64,000 bases of DNA, from positions 167,214,001-167,278,000 of the forward strand of contig JANJGN010000009.1 of NCBI GenBank assembly GCA_026770705.1. The letters are read 5' to 3'. The translations under genes and the position numbers were made by a program. Numbering within the stretch: the stretch's first letter is position 1; each line of letters begins with the position of its first letter. Below, piece after piece: positions 47,003 through 58,945 of the stretch. This DNA is from Isurus oxyrinchus (Eukaryota). The notes beneath the pieces are model-generated. The model searched no databases. It was not told the DNA's origin and saw only the letters and a program-made list of their open reading frames with translations.

Positions 47003-47528
47003 TCGATAGATGATTTTCAATAATAGAAAACTAGGGTGAAGTACTGGTGTGGTTACAGGACTGTCACTGATGCCAGTAATTTAAGGTGATGAGTTAAAGC
47101 TGTGCTTACACTGCATTATTGGCTCAAGGCCAATTGCTGCATTCAGTGGTTTGCAGCTAGCAACACCTAATTTATAACTCTTGGCTGCTAGAGTCCTGTG
47201 CATGCAAGTACACATGTGTAGAGTTCTGCTCCCAGATGGTACATATTAAATGTTTTGAGATGGTGTGCAGGAGGGCCCACATTACCCAACAGACCCACTC
47301 AGGATTTTTTTTTAATCTGCTTTACCACAAGTTTTTTCATGCTGCCTGACGCACAAATGATGGGACAGTATGTCACTGAGACCATCAACATAACCTTTGG
47401 TCACTTTTAGTGTAGTGCAGTGTAAGCACAGCTTTAATTCATCACCTCAAATTACTGGCATCAGTGACAGTCCTGTAACCAAACTAGTAGTTCACTCTGG
47501 TTTTCTATAACTGAAAATCAGCAATCGA
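47003..47528. repeat. Long inverted repeat: 116-bp arms (47003-47118 / 47413-47528), 294-bp spacer
   Basis: Ungapped manual alignment gives 12 mismatches in 116 positions, including a perfect stretch of over 30 bp. Confidence 0.9.
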
Positions 47529-48931
47529 GTCATTTTTATTTAACTGCAAAAAGGAACCTTACCTCAGTGATGCAAAAATATTAAATGACAATCATAAAGC
47601 ATCAGAGACCATTAAAAAATACTGATGTCCATGGTTTTTCTGCAGGTATCAGTATTATATACATTAACAGGTCTGATGACAACACTGTACTATAAAGAAC
47701 TTATGAACTGAATAGGTCACAGCTAACCATGACATACACATTAAGAATTACACTCATCTAGTGAGTGGACATGAGTGTGGAAATATAGACCTTCCATGAC
47801 TGACTCATTCTGTAATAGCCTTGGTGGTAGAATCACTCAATGTTCCAAACAAGTTTTCACACTTGTTCAGTAGCGTTCGAGTCTGTTCATTGATACCCAG
47901 GCGGCAACATCATTCTAAAACCCTATTTGTGATTGCACGCAATTCTGTAGAAGAAGTCATGCCGAAACCATATAATGCTCTTGAAGTAAAAATCATGCTC
48001 AAACCTGTACAGGGCATTAGACAGTGTAGAATACTGGTCATTGAGACAGAGGCATTCAAACACTCAAGATTGCACAGAGAAAACTATTTCCTAAGCTCAA
48101 AGAATTTAGGAAGAAATATTGGACAAAATTCGGCTTTTCAACCTTGAAGTAACTTTATACCTGTAGAAACATACAATCGTGCAGAAAAATTCAGGAGCAC
48201 TAAATTGAAAGCATTCAATACAATGAACTACAAATTTAGAACTCAGATGTTCTTCCTTACAAAAATAATTAGCTTTAAATGGATTGGGCTTCCAAGTTAG
48301 ATATGGTGATAGAATTATTTACAGAACACTGATGGTATGATTGAGGGAAAGTGAGTTTATTTGTTCATTCAAAATAGGTAAACTAGGTTTGCACTTCCGT
48401 TGTTAAGGATCTTTAAAATCTGTTTTTAAAATTGTTGATGCAAGAACCAGACTTGTGCACAGGCTTTTCAGTTTCTATTTTTAGCAAAATCAGGAGAAAA
48501 ATCAGGACAAAATTAGCCTAAATAAACCCAGAACATTTGTAGGAAAGCAGTATTTTTTTTTTTTAAAAGCAGCTTTTACTTTGAACATCACTAAACCAAG
48601 AAAACAAGTGAGACACTAATCAGGCAGTTAAACCAAACGACAAGCTGGAACTACTGGTATTTGCACAGTTCACAGATACCACTTTTATGAGGCTCAATAG
48701 CAATTTCAATTGTTCCAGGAAGTCTATTTTTGCAGCAGTTGCTTCAGTATCAACATTACATGATTTCATTTGTGCACTGTGCTCCCAATGAGACAGGGGT
48801 CTTGTGGCACATTGGCAGCGTTCTAACATCTGGGCCAAAAGCTCTGGGTTCAAATCCCACTTCAGGGACTTCATGGCCATGGAAGGTGCATTCATAACAT
48901 GACCAAACAATTTGATTAACAGCCTGTAAAT

Positions 48932-49596
48932 CAGTAGTGGGCAACTTGCGGCCATGGGCCACATGCAGCCCATCAGGGTTCTGAGTGCAGCCCATGAGAT
49001 GTCTTGTTGACCGTTGCCCACATGCAGAGGAGTTGCCAGATCCCACTGCTTTCCGCCCACGTAGTTTTTTCCCTACCAGCGTTACTAAAGCGATATGCAC
49101 GTAAAGCAAGGGCACATCAAGTGAGATTGCACACGACATTGACAGAGCCATGCGCTCCCTCTGTATCCAAAGCACTGCATGCGAGCAGACTTTTTCTGCT
49201 ACGGGACATTTCCTGCTACGGGACATTTCAAATGCAAGAAGTGCAACAGACTAAGAGATGGAAACCTCAGTGCTGAATTGCAAAGTGTCCGCACATCCGA
49301 GTCCTAATCTAAGAAAGTTAGTGGAGGACAGAGCCAACCAGAAATCGCACTGTGTATGAAGTAAGGGAAGCATAAACATTTTTGTTTTTACCATTTGGAG
49401 TTGATGACAGTTCTATTCATATGAATAATTAAGCATTTTTTTATAACTCGTTGTGAAATATTCAGTGTGTATTTAAAGTACTTAACCTTATTCATGAAGT
49501 TATGGTTAGTGCACATGCCCAATTTCAAACTTACGGCTCACTGATGGAGGGCAGCCACCCCTTTAGCTCATTCACTAGCCTAGGTTGCTCATCATG
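48932..49596 (+). mobile_element. hAT (Charlie-like) non-autonomous DNA transposon
   Basis: TIRs CAGTAGTGGGCAAC / GTTGCTCATCATG; 8-bp TSD CTGTAAAT vs CTCTAAAT (7/8); internal relic PNLRKLVEDRANQKSH (49303-49350) resembling a hAT transposase C-terminus. Confidence 0.8.
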
Positions 49597-49974
49597 CTCT
49601 AAATCCTTTCAATATACCCAACAGCAGACAGTAAGAGCAAGAGAATTTCCTGGTCAGCCATACTGCTGACAGCAAACCACTGCAATACTGTGGCAAGCAT
49701 AATCATGAACCAATCCAATGGAAGTCATGGTCACCAAGGCCTTCTTAAAAAGGTGTGGTATCTGAAGGAGGAGGATCCCAATGAGAGGCATTCCTGATGT
49801 CTAGAGCTTGGTCAGAAATAGAATAATTATGCTGAATCTATAGATGGATTCAGTGCAGGTTTATTCATTCTGATTTTTCTACATTCCCTTGAAGGGTGAT
49901 TTTGCATACACTACACTGCGTACCTGTTATAAGAAACTCACCATGTAAGGGGTATCAAAGAACCTGTACAGCCT

Positions 49975-51562
49975 CACAGTAAAAGACACAAAATTCTGAA
50001 ATAATGGGGAACCAAGACTCTGACAAGAATGAGGGACTTCAGAAAAATCAGTATAAGAAATAGTGCAGTACCAGACAAATTAATAGGACTAAGTGATAAA
50101 AACATCCCTGGACCCGATGACCTGCATTCCAGGCTTTTAAAACATCTAGCAGCAGAGATAGTGGGTGTATTGGTTTTGATCTTCCAGAACTCCTTAGATT
50201 CTAGAATAGTCCAAGGATTGTAAGGTAACAAACAACCTCACTATTTAAATGAGAAAGAGAGAAAATGTGAAAACTGGGACCTATAGGCCAATTAGCCTAT
50301 CAGTAGCAGGCAAGATGCTAGGATTTATTATCAGGGTCATGATAACTGGGCACGTTAAAAAAAGTCACATTTATGAAAGGGAAATCATGTTTGACAAATC
50401 TGTTGGGGCTTTTCTGAGGATGTAATTAGTAGGATGAATTAGGGGGAATATTGGATGAATTGCATTTGGATTTTCAAAAAGTATTTGATAAGGTGTCACA
50501 CAAGAGGTTATTGCACAAAATTGGGACTCAGTGGTATGGACTGAGGATTGGTTAATGAACAGAAACGTGGAACAAACAAGACATTTTCAGGTTAGCTGAC
50601 TGTAACTAATGGTATGCCGCAAGGGTCAATACTTGGGCCTCAGCTATTTACAATTATCTAATGACTTAGATGAGGGGCTGAGTGTAGCATTCGAGCTTGC
50701 TGACAATACAAAGTTAGATGGGAAAGAAAGCAATAAAGAGGTTGCAAAGGAGCTGCAGGGGAATTATAGACAAGTTGTGCGAGTGGGCAAGAACACGGCA
50801 TACAATGAGGTGAGGTATGAAGTTTTGCCCTTTAATAGGGAAAATAAAAAAAGCACAATATTTTTGAATGGCGAGAGACTGGGAAATGTTTGCATTCGGG
50901 GGGGACCTGGGAGACTTTGAACATGAATCACAGAACATTAACATTTAGGAAAGCAAATGGAATGTTAGCAATTGTTACAAAGGGATTGGAGTAAAAAAGT
51001 CTTACTACAATTATACAGGGCATTGGTGAGCTACATCTGCAGTGCCAAATGTAATTTTGGTCTCCTTATCTAAGGAAAGACTCTCGCCCTAGTGGGAGTG
51101 CAAATAAATTTACGGGACTGGTTCCTGGGATGAGGGGATTGATCTATGAGGATAGATTGAGTGGACTGGGTCTATATTCCCTGGAGTTTGGAAGAATGCA
51201 AGGTGATCTAATTGAAACAAAAATTTCTTAAGGGGCTTGACAGGTAGATGTTGAGAAAATATTTCTCTTGGCTGGGGATATAGAACATAGTCTCAGAATA
51301 AGGAGTTGACCATTTAGAATTGAGATGGGGAGAAATTTCTTCTCAAAAAAGATTGTGAATCTTTGAAACACTCCCCAGAGAGCTCTGGATGTTCAGTCAT
51401 TGAGTGTATTCAAGACGGAGGTCAATAGATTTTTGGGTACCAAGGACATTAAGGGACATCCGGATGGTGCAGCAAGGTGGAAGATCAGACATGGTCTTGT
51501 TGAACGCAGTGTAGGCACAAAAAGCCAAATAGCCTCTTCCCACTCCTATTTAATGTTATGAT
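49975..51562 (+). mobile_element. Degenerate CR1 LINE, RT region through 3' end
   Basis: Relic motifs PGPDDLHSRLLK, YRPISL, LDFQKVFDKVSH, PQGSILGP, ADNTKL, with many stops and frameshifts. Confidence 0.9.
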
Positions 51563-52044
51563 GCTCAAAGCACATTTGAGAACAAAATAAGTTGTGTGTA
51601 GTTAATGGCATTTTTGGAAGAGACAATAATTTTGTTCCAGAACTGGGAGAATATAGCACAGCTATATTGTGCTTTCCCTTTGGGAAGAGTATAGAGCAAT
51701 TCACTAAAAATGACAGACACAAAAGGCTTTAGGTGGGAAACAAGAAATGCAAAAACTCCTTTCAGTGGAATAGAGACAGTTAATACATCTGATAGGGTGT
51801 TCAAATTCATGAGTGGTTTTACAGTTAAGGAAAAACTATTTCCACTGGTCAGTGACTGTTTTAGAAAGGAATTTTATAACCCATCGTATTTCTGTTAAAG
51901 TTCATCCCCTCCTCTTAAAAACGTCAAGTTATTCTGAAAACCTCCTATGCTACCATTCTAATTGGTGATCACAACTATATTCCAGCCTAATAATTTACTG
52001 GTAAATTTCACTCAGTACTTAGCAATTACTTCCCACCTCCAGAA

Positions 52045-52380
52045 AATGCCTCAGTGGGTAACAGTACTACGAAGCACAGTATTGAGCCATTCTGGCCAGA
52101 TCAGGCTGAGTCTAAATTAGTTGATCTCAAAGCTTTACTTGGGACAACGCAATTCGTTTCCATTCCCCTGTTAGGGAGTGGATGGGACAAATCATCCAGG
52201 GTTTGCATTCCCAATTGCTAGCCAGTGAGCCCTGCTAGGTGGTACACATTTGCAATCACTGCACCAACAGCAGGGTCAGGTTCAGCTTTGATTTCCCCAC
52301 ATAACATTACTGTCTTCTGACACCAACTACGTCCAGGCTCTCACGTGAAAACTAGGGCAGCCATCTTGAAATATCATGTG
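52045..52380 (+). repeat. Ancient SINE-like family; other copies at ~15490-15760 +, 20620-20910 +, 25880-26210 -, 28010-28280 -, 30375-30590 +, 42960-43140 -
   Basis: Shared degenerate blocks TTAG(C/T)TGATCTC, CAATT.G, AGGG....AAAT....CAGGGTT, GCTA.CCAGTGA.CCCTGCT.G, CTCAC.TGAA. Confidence 0.55.
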
Positions 52381-55289
52381 CTTGATGTTGTGGTGCCATG
52401 TGCAGTGTTATTTCTGCATCAACTCTGCAGAAGTACTATCATGAGAATCAAGTTTCATTGTTCAGTTGTGTTTCAGAACTTTGGAATTTTTTCTGACCAG
52501 ACAAAGCAGCAGCATGTGGAAATCCTCTGACAGCAATTATTGCCATGGAAAGCCAACTAATTTTAAAAAACAAAAAATTGATGAAAGCAAATGGTCTAAA
52601 TCCAAGAGAGGATGAAATTTATAATCACAGAAATATACTTTGTAAGTTTTCCACTGTAATGCAGCAAAATATCAGTACCAGAACCCTAGAAATATCTACA
52701 TTCTTGGGATTATAGTAGGGTAATGTAAGAATATGTTCGATCATAAAAGGATTATTTTTCAATATAAAAGTATCTGAAGCCCCAAGAGAAAACTGTACTA
52801 TGGGAACGAGATTGTTTAATTCTACTGCATCTCCATTTTCCCCATATAAAATTTGAACAAACTAGAGACAATGTAGGCTTATCTAATACACCAAACATAC
52901 AAAGCAGGTTTCAAGTTTAACTGAGCACTACTGTATGCATACAACATTTGATCTAATATTTGATGAGCAAGTCTTTTTTGTACTCACATCGAAAGTAATA
53001 CAGTATCTTATCCTGCCCTCCCCTTGCCAATAAAGCATTAATATTTAGATTACATTGTGGAAATCTGCTCTCACCACTAACTTTATAACGTGCACAGTGC
53101 AAATGCACAGGTTTTATCCAAGCTAGAAATTAAGCTCTTTGCAAATTAATTATGAATTTTTATTGCTTCAGAAGGAAAAATGAAATGGCTGGATTCCATA
53201 TTGCTCAATTGTTTAGAGCTTTCCTGCAGCCTTAGTCTCGCATACTTTACTGCAGATATCTAACAGTGATGTTGGGATGCTGCTGAGGCAACATAAATCA
53301 AATATGGGAAAAGGAAACTTTGCCCAATATCAACTGTGGCTTGATTATTTCATCATATTACCAAGAATTCAAATGCAAATCAGTTACAGCTCTGCATTAG
53401 AATCCAAACAACAAACTACAGTGCAGTAAAAAAAAAAAAGCACTTTTGAGCTCGGTACGCTAAACTATTTAATGCTAAGTTATGTTCTTTTACATACAAA
53501 AGCATGTATAAAAACATGGACCTCTTGAGTTGCAGTATCAAAGACTACAAGTTAACTCTAACCAACAGTCATCGTTCTCAATATTATATTTAGTGTTGTG
53601 ACAAGGTCATTTAAAATTTACGGTAATGAAGAATTGAAAATTATCCAAGACTAAATTATAAATGTGTTCAATAAAATAAGATCAGAGGTCCAAAGTAGAC
53701 TTCTCAGAGGTAACAAACTATTATGGACATATACATATACAATGGAATATCATCTAGCTGACGTTCATTGAATCACAGGACCAAGCTAATGGCTTCTAAG
53801 GTCTGTGTTCTCAACAGCTTGCTGTAAGGCTGTGAAACATGGACAACTGACAGCTATCAAGAAAAGGTCAACAATTCCCATCTTTGTGCAGCACATTATG
53901 GGTAGGTCCTGAAAAAGGACAAAATCACAAATGTTCTCTCAAAGGCAGGAATTCCCAGGTTCCTTAGCACTCAAAGGGGCCTTTCTTGGCTTGGACACAG
54001 AAAATGGTCTGATACCCAAGAACTCTGTATGTTGAGGCAGCAGGAGCCAGATGACCACAGGACACCCAAAACTCTGCTTCAAGGGGGCTTGCAAGCGTGA
54101 CAGGTCCTAGACATCAATTATCACATCTAGGAGTCATGAGCTGACGAGGGGAGAAAATGGCAGCACCTCTTGTGGGCTGGCACGCACCACCACAATCACC
54201 ATTGGCTACAGTTGCTTGGCAGATGCCAACAACTCATGACACTTGGTAGCTTCATGTGCAGCACGTGACAGAATCCACCTCTCAAGGATTGGCCTCTTCA
54301 GCCATTAGCAAAAGTGCTTCATATAAAAACACTCCATCTGAAATGGATTAGTTTGCTGTGTGTCCATCTTTTGCAGATAGAAGGTTACCACTTAAAAAAA
54401 AGTTCAGCCACAGACCATCAATACTTCTAATTGAAATAAAACAAATAATGCAGTGGATCAACACACCACCCACTCACTTCTGGGACCCAGGTCTAATCCA
54501 GCCCAGATTGATGCCATTTGGATGAGTTTCTCTTGTCTCGAAGAAAAATTTCAGCATGATTGCAGATTGGAGCTGCCTCAGGAGCATAAAATTGGACACT
54601 ATTCTTCATTAAGCTGGCAACTTTTTCCAGAGGCCATTAGAGATGGCAGAAAAATTCACATCGGTGCTATTGAGCAGATTCTTCTGAAGTAAAGGCACAT
54701 TATTCAAGCACGTTATCGCTGTTGTGACAACCTGACACCAAGAGAATGAGTAACAAGACTGGGACGGGAGGCTGTTCCTTTCCCCAGTGTTGATAGCTGT
54801 CACCTTGCTGAGTTAAAATAATCCACCATAAAAAGCAAAAGAAAACCTGTACCCCAAAGCTTGATGAGTAACTGAACCAGGCAAATCATAAGTTGTCAAG
54901 TACAATTCCTCGACTGATTTCAATCAGGGCAGCAATAGGAATGGTATAATTCGCCTCAGCACCCTTGTGCAAAAGGGGAGAAAAGGCAACCACAGCGCAA
55001 CTGTTCTGAAATAAAGCCCAGTCAAAATGTGTGGGTGGACATAATCAGATTGAGTTACGATGCCTCTGCAGTTTAATAGCCTAGTACCAAGGTTCAAAAG
55101 TAAAACCAAAGTTAAAAGTTGCAAACCAGTCTAGTGCCAGTTTAAATGGGAATACAAATGGAAACAGTGAAACAGATCTATGAGGCAGAGGATTGAACAT
55201 TCAAAAAGAATTCTTCAAGCTAAATACCAATACCATCAGACATTACCAGAGAACATGAAAGCAGAGAAACTTAGTCTGTTCCATTACCT

Positions 55290-56085
55290 GCTCTTTCTTC
55301 ATATTCCGAAAATTCTTTCCTCCGTCAAGTATTTGGCCAATTACTTTTAAGGCTACAACCAAATCTGTATTCACCACTTAAATGGTGAATTCCAAATCCT
55401 AAATCACTGTCTGTATAAAAATGATTTTTCTCACATTGGCAAGCGAACCAGAGGCAATCACCTCAAATCGGTATCTCCGAGTTACAGACCCTTCAACCAC
55501 GGGAAACAGTTTCACTTTATTTAAACTTTTCATGATCTAAACCTCTATCAAAATTTGGCCTTCTCTGTTCTAAGGAAACTAACCAAATCTTTGCCAGTCT
55601 ATCCACATAAACTGTAATCCTTCACCCCCTGGACCCATTCTACTAAATCTCTTCTGTACCCTTCTGTAAAGATTTCCAAATCTTCCCCAAATATCATGGT
55701 GCCCAGAATTGGATGAGATACTCCAGTTGGGACCAAACTGATGTTTTAAATAGGTCTAGCATAGCTTCCTGGCTTTTGCATTCTATCCCTATTTTCATCT
55801 ACGTTTTATTGACTGCTTTGTTAACCTATCCTGCCACTTTCAAAGTTTTGTGCACAAACACCTCCATGTTCTCTTGCTTTTAAGGGAGCAGCAAGAATTG
55901 CACCATTTAATATGTATTATTGCTCATTATCATCACCTTTGTTCTGCATTGAATTTCATCTGCCATGTTATACCCATTCCACCAGCTTGTCTATGTCCTA
56001 TTTAAGCATATCATCTTCCTCATGGTTTACTACACTCCAAGTTGTGTCATCTACAAATTTTGAAACGGTATCCCGAATGCCCAAG
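55290..56085 (-). mobile_element. Old CR1 LINE fragments
   Basis: Reverse complement contains FVDDT-like and EYxxQFWAP-like relics (GAGTATCTCATCCAATTCTGGGCACC). Confidence 0.6.
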
Positions 56086-58239
56086 AAATGTACATCAAAA
56101 TGTGCCACATATCATATTAATACATATCACAAAAGTTTGGATTTCTTTACATTACCAATGCATCATATAATGCTACACTGGGATTTTTCCACCAAGCTTC
56201 AGAATTCAAAGTTCAAAGCTTAAAAGGCTTGCTTGTTTTAATGTCTGTTACATAATTTGATTACAATAAAATTGTGGTAGTATGGAAATCTAAAACTTTT
56301 GAAAATGACAAGACATTCTTGAAGGATTTCCACAAAATTGAATATGGAAATAAAGTGAAAAACAATTAATCAACCCTCACTCAATGCACTAAACAACTCA
56401 TGGGTACACTGCTCCAAATTCATTTTAAGTCTTAGCATGTGCCAAGAAGTTTACTTGTCTAGCCACACTCTTCCTCATCAATAACTGTAACCATTCATTA
56501 GTAAGCCTTACTGTTTCGGCATCTACGGCAACACCATTCCATTTTTTAAGTATTAGGATTTTTGATTGTTTTAAACACAGGGCTTTAAAGCTGGGGGGGC
56601 ACTGTTCCAATTTTTATTTTGAAGGTTGAAACAAATTAAAAATGTAATGTGCAAGCCACAAAATTGGTGTCAGTTTTTAAACAAGAAAAATGAAAACTAG
56701 GTAGAAGGAAATTTTGAACAAAAATTATAAAAACTAAGAACAAACATGAATACCCACAAATGCAGGTTTCCTTTAGATACAAATGTCTATTTGGTGCAAT
56801 GCTACTCCCTATTAACAAACTGTCTGGAATGCCCATGTAAAAATACTGTAGCACTGCCAAATGTTGTGCACAATCTCTTGGTAAAAAGATGAAAGCCTGA
56901 GTGAACCTTGGCAGAATTCAAACCCATGGCTTTTTGGTCTAAATCCAGTGCTGAACGGATTGTCTCTCCTGTACAGTGCCGTGTAGCTCAACATGGAGAG
57001 CAAAGGTAGGCAAGGAACGTAGAATTAAAAAGTGCTTTCATTTTTGTCAATTAAAGTATTTTTATTGCATTGAAGTAAATTTTTACTTGTTAACAATTAG
57101 TGTTTGCTCCACAAGTTTGTTTTAACTATGATCAAAATGATTACAATACATTTGAGGAAAAATCAAATTTCAATGCCAACAATAATTTAAATATTGGAAA
57201 TAAAGATTATGGCTGGTCTCCACAAAGCTAAGTGCCTAGTAAGCTCCCAAAAATCAAAACTATTGATTGCAGACCCCTCACTATTAAGTACTGTAGCTAC
57301 AGTTTCCAGCCTTTGCCTATCACTAGATGTCACTAACACACCATTTCAAATCCCATATAAAAAGGTGCTGAACTGTAAGCACACAAGCAACATGTATGTC
57401 TGAAAACTAATACAGCTGGTTAATTTCATGAATTTGTGGTGAGTTTTTTTATAAATTAGCACCCAGCTGAGTAACAACTTTGGCATCAGAAATGCAGGTA
57501 AATGCAAGATTTTTGATGTTGTGGCAACAGTGTGTGGTATTATTCAAAGCCATCTTACACAGCATGGAGAATAAGTAATATCAGTGCCAGAACAGTCAGC
57601 ATTTATTGTGCTTTGGTGGTTTCTCCCCACATGGGTGGAGTACAGACTGGATGCTTCACCTCCACCCACACATGACTAAATAAAGGGTTAATACGAGATG
57701 CCTGTACAATAAGGCCACACAACTCTCCTAGGTTCTATAAAATGAAATCTACCAAATCATAGGAAACCTTCCAATAAAGTGCAATAGGCATGGCGGAGGA
57801 ATGCAGCATAAGGCCACAAGATGATTTCTCAAATAGCATTCAGTGAGTTACTAGAACAACAATTACCTTCCAGCACTTTCATTGTTTAAAAAAATACTTT
57901 TGCCAATAAAACTCTTCCAAATATCATTTTGAAGTAGCATTACTCATCCATGTCACAATATCTGTGGTTTAAATTTTAAAAAAAGGTTTAAATGTGATTT
58001 ATTTTGCTAAATCTACGCTTTAAAATTGCTAGTCGATGGTTCATTGCTCGCATCTCCCAGGGTAAACATAGTTAGTGAAAAATTAACATATATACTCATT
58101 AGGGTCAGAGATAAAAATATACATTTAAAGCAGATCTTTGCAAACCAGAGCAGCTTCAGTGATTCCTGGTTGAACAGGAATTACCACACTCCAAGTAATT
58201 CCATCCTTTTTCCAGCCACTCACTCAGACTAAAATCAGG

Positions 58240-58945
58240 CGACATACAATCTTGGCCCCGAGCAGAGCTTTGCATCCATAACCCTATCTATCACTAAGAC
58301 CATGCACTCCTCCCTCCGCAAGATAAGCTACCTGCATCCGTTCCTCATTTCATCTGCTTTGAAACACCTATTCAAACCTATGCTTCTCTACTCAACTATT
58401 CTAATGCTCTCCTGACTAGCCTCCACAGTCTATAAACTTTAACTGGTCAAATCCCTGCTGCTTGCATTACGTCCCACTCATTCATCATCCCATCCTGACT
58501 GACTTACATTGGCTTCTGCCTTCCAACGTATTAAGTTTAAAACTACCATCTTGTCTATGCTGCCTCATGCCATTCTATGTCTCTATAGACCAGCTAGTCC
58601 ATTCAGTCCTATATCACCTCCCACATCTTTGTGTTTACTTTCTCCTCCCTTCACCGCTCACCCACATGCACTGCCACCCCCCCCACCCCCAAACACCTTT
58701 TACGGGTGCAAGAGTCTTCAGCCACGTCAATCCCTCTGTCTAGTACATCCTCAAAGCTCTCCACCTCTCTAACCCCCTTTCTTTCGCCATCTTTACCTCC
58801 ACTACTTCAAAACCCATTGTTTCAATCAAACCTTTCACATTTCCCAATCTCTCCCTTTGTACCTCATCATATTTCCCTTACTTATCTCCATCTGTAAAAT
58901 GCTCTGGGATATTTAGATTAAAGGCACTATAGAAATGTAAGCTGC
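58240..58945 (+). mobile_element. Degenerate L2 LINE 3' region
   Basis: Relic HPILTDLHWL..QRIKFK motif and tail AGGCACTATAGAAATGTAAG. Confidence 0.65.
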
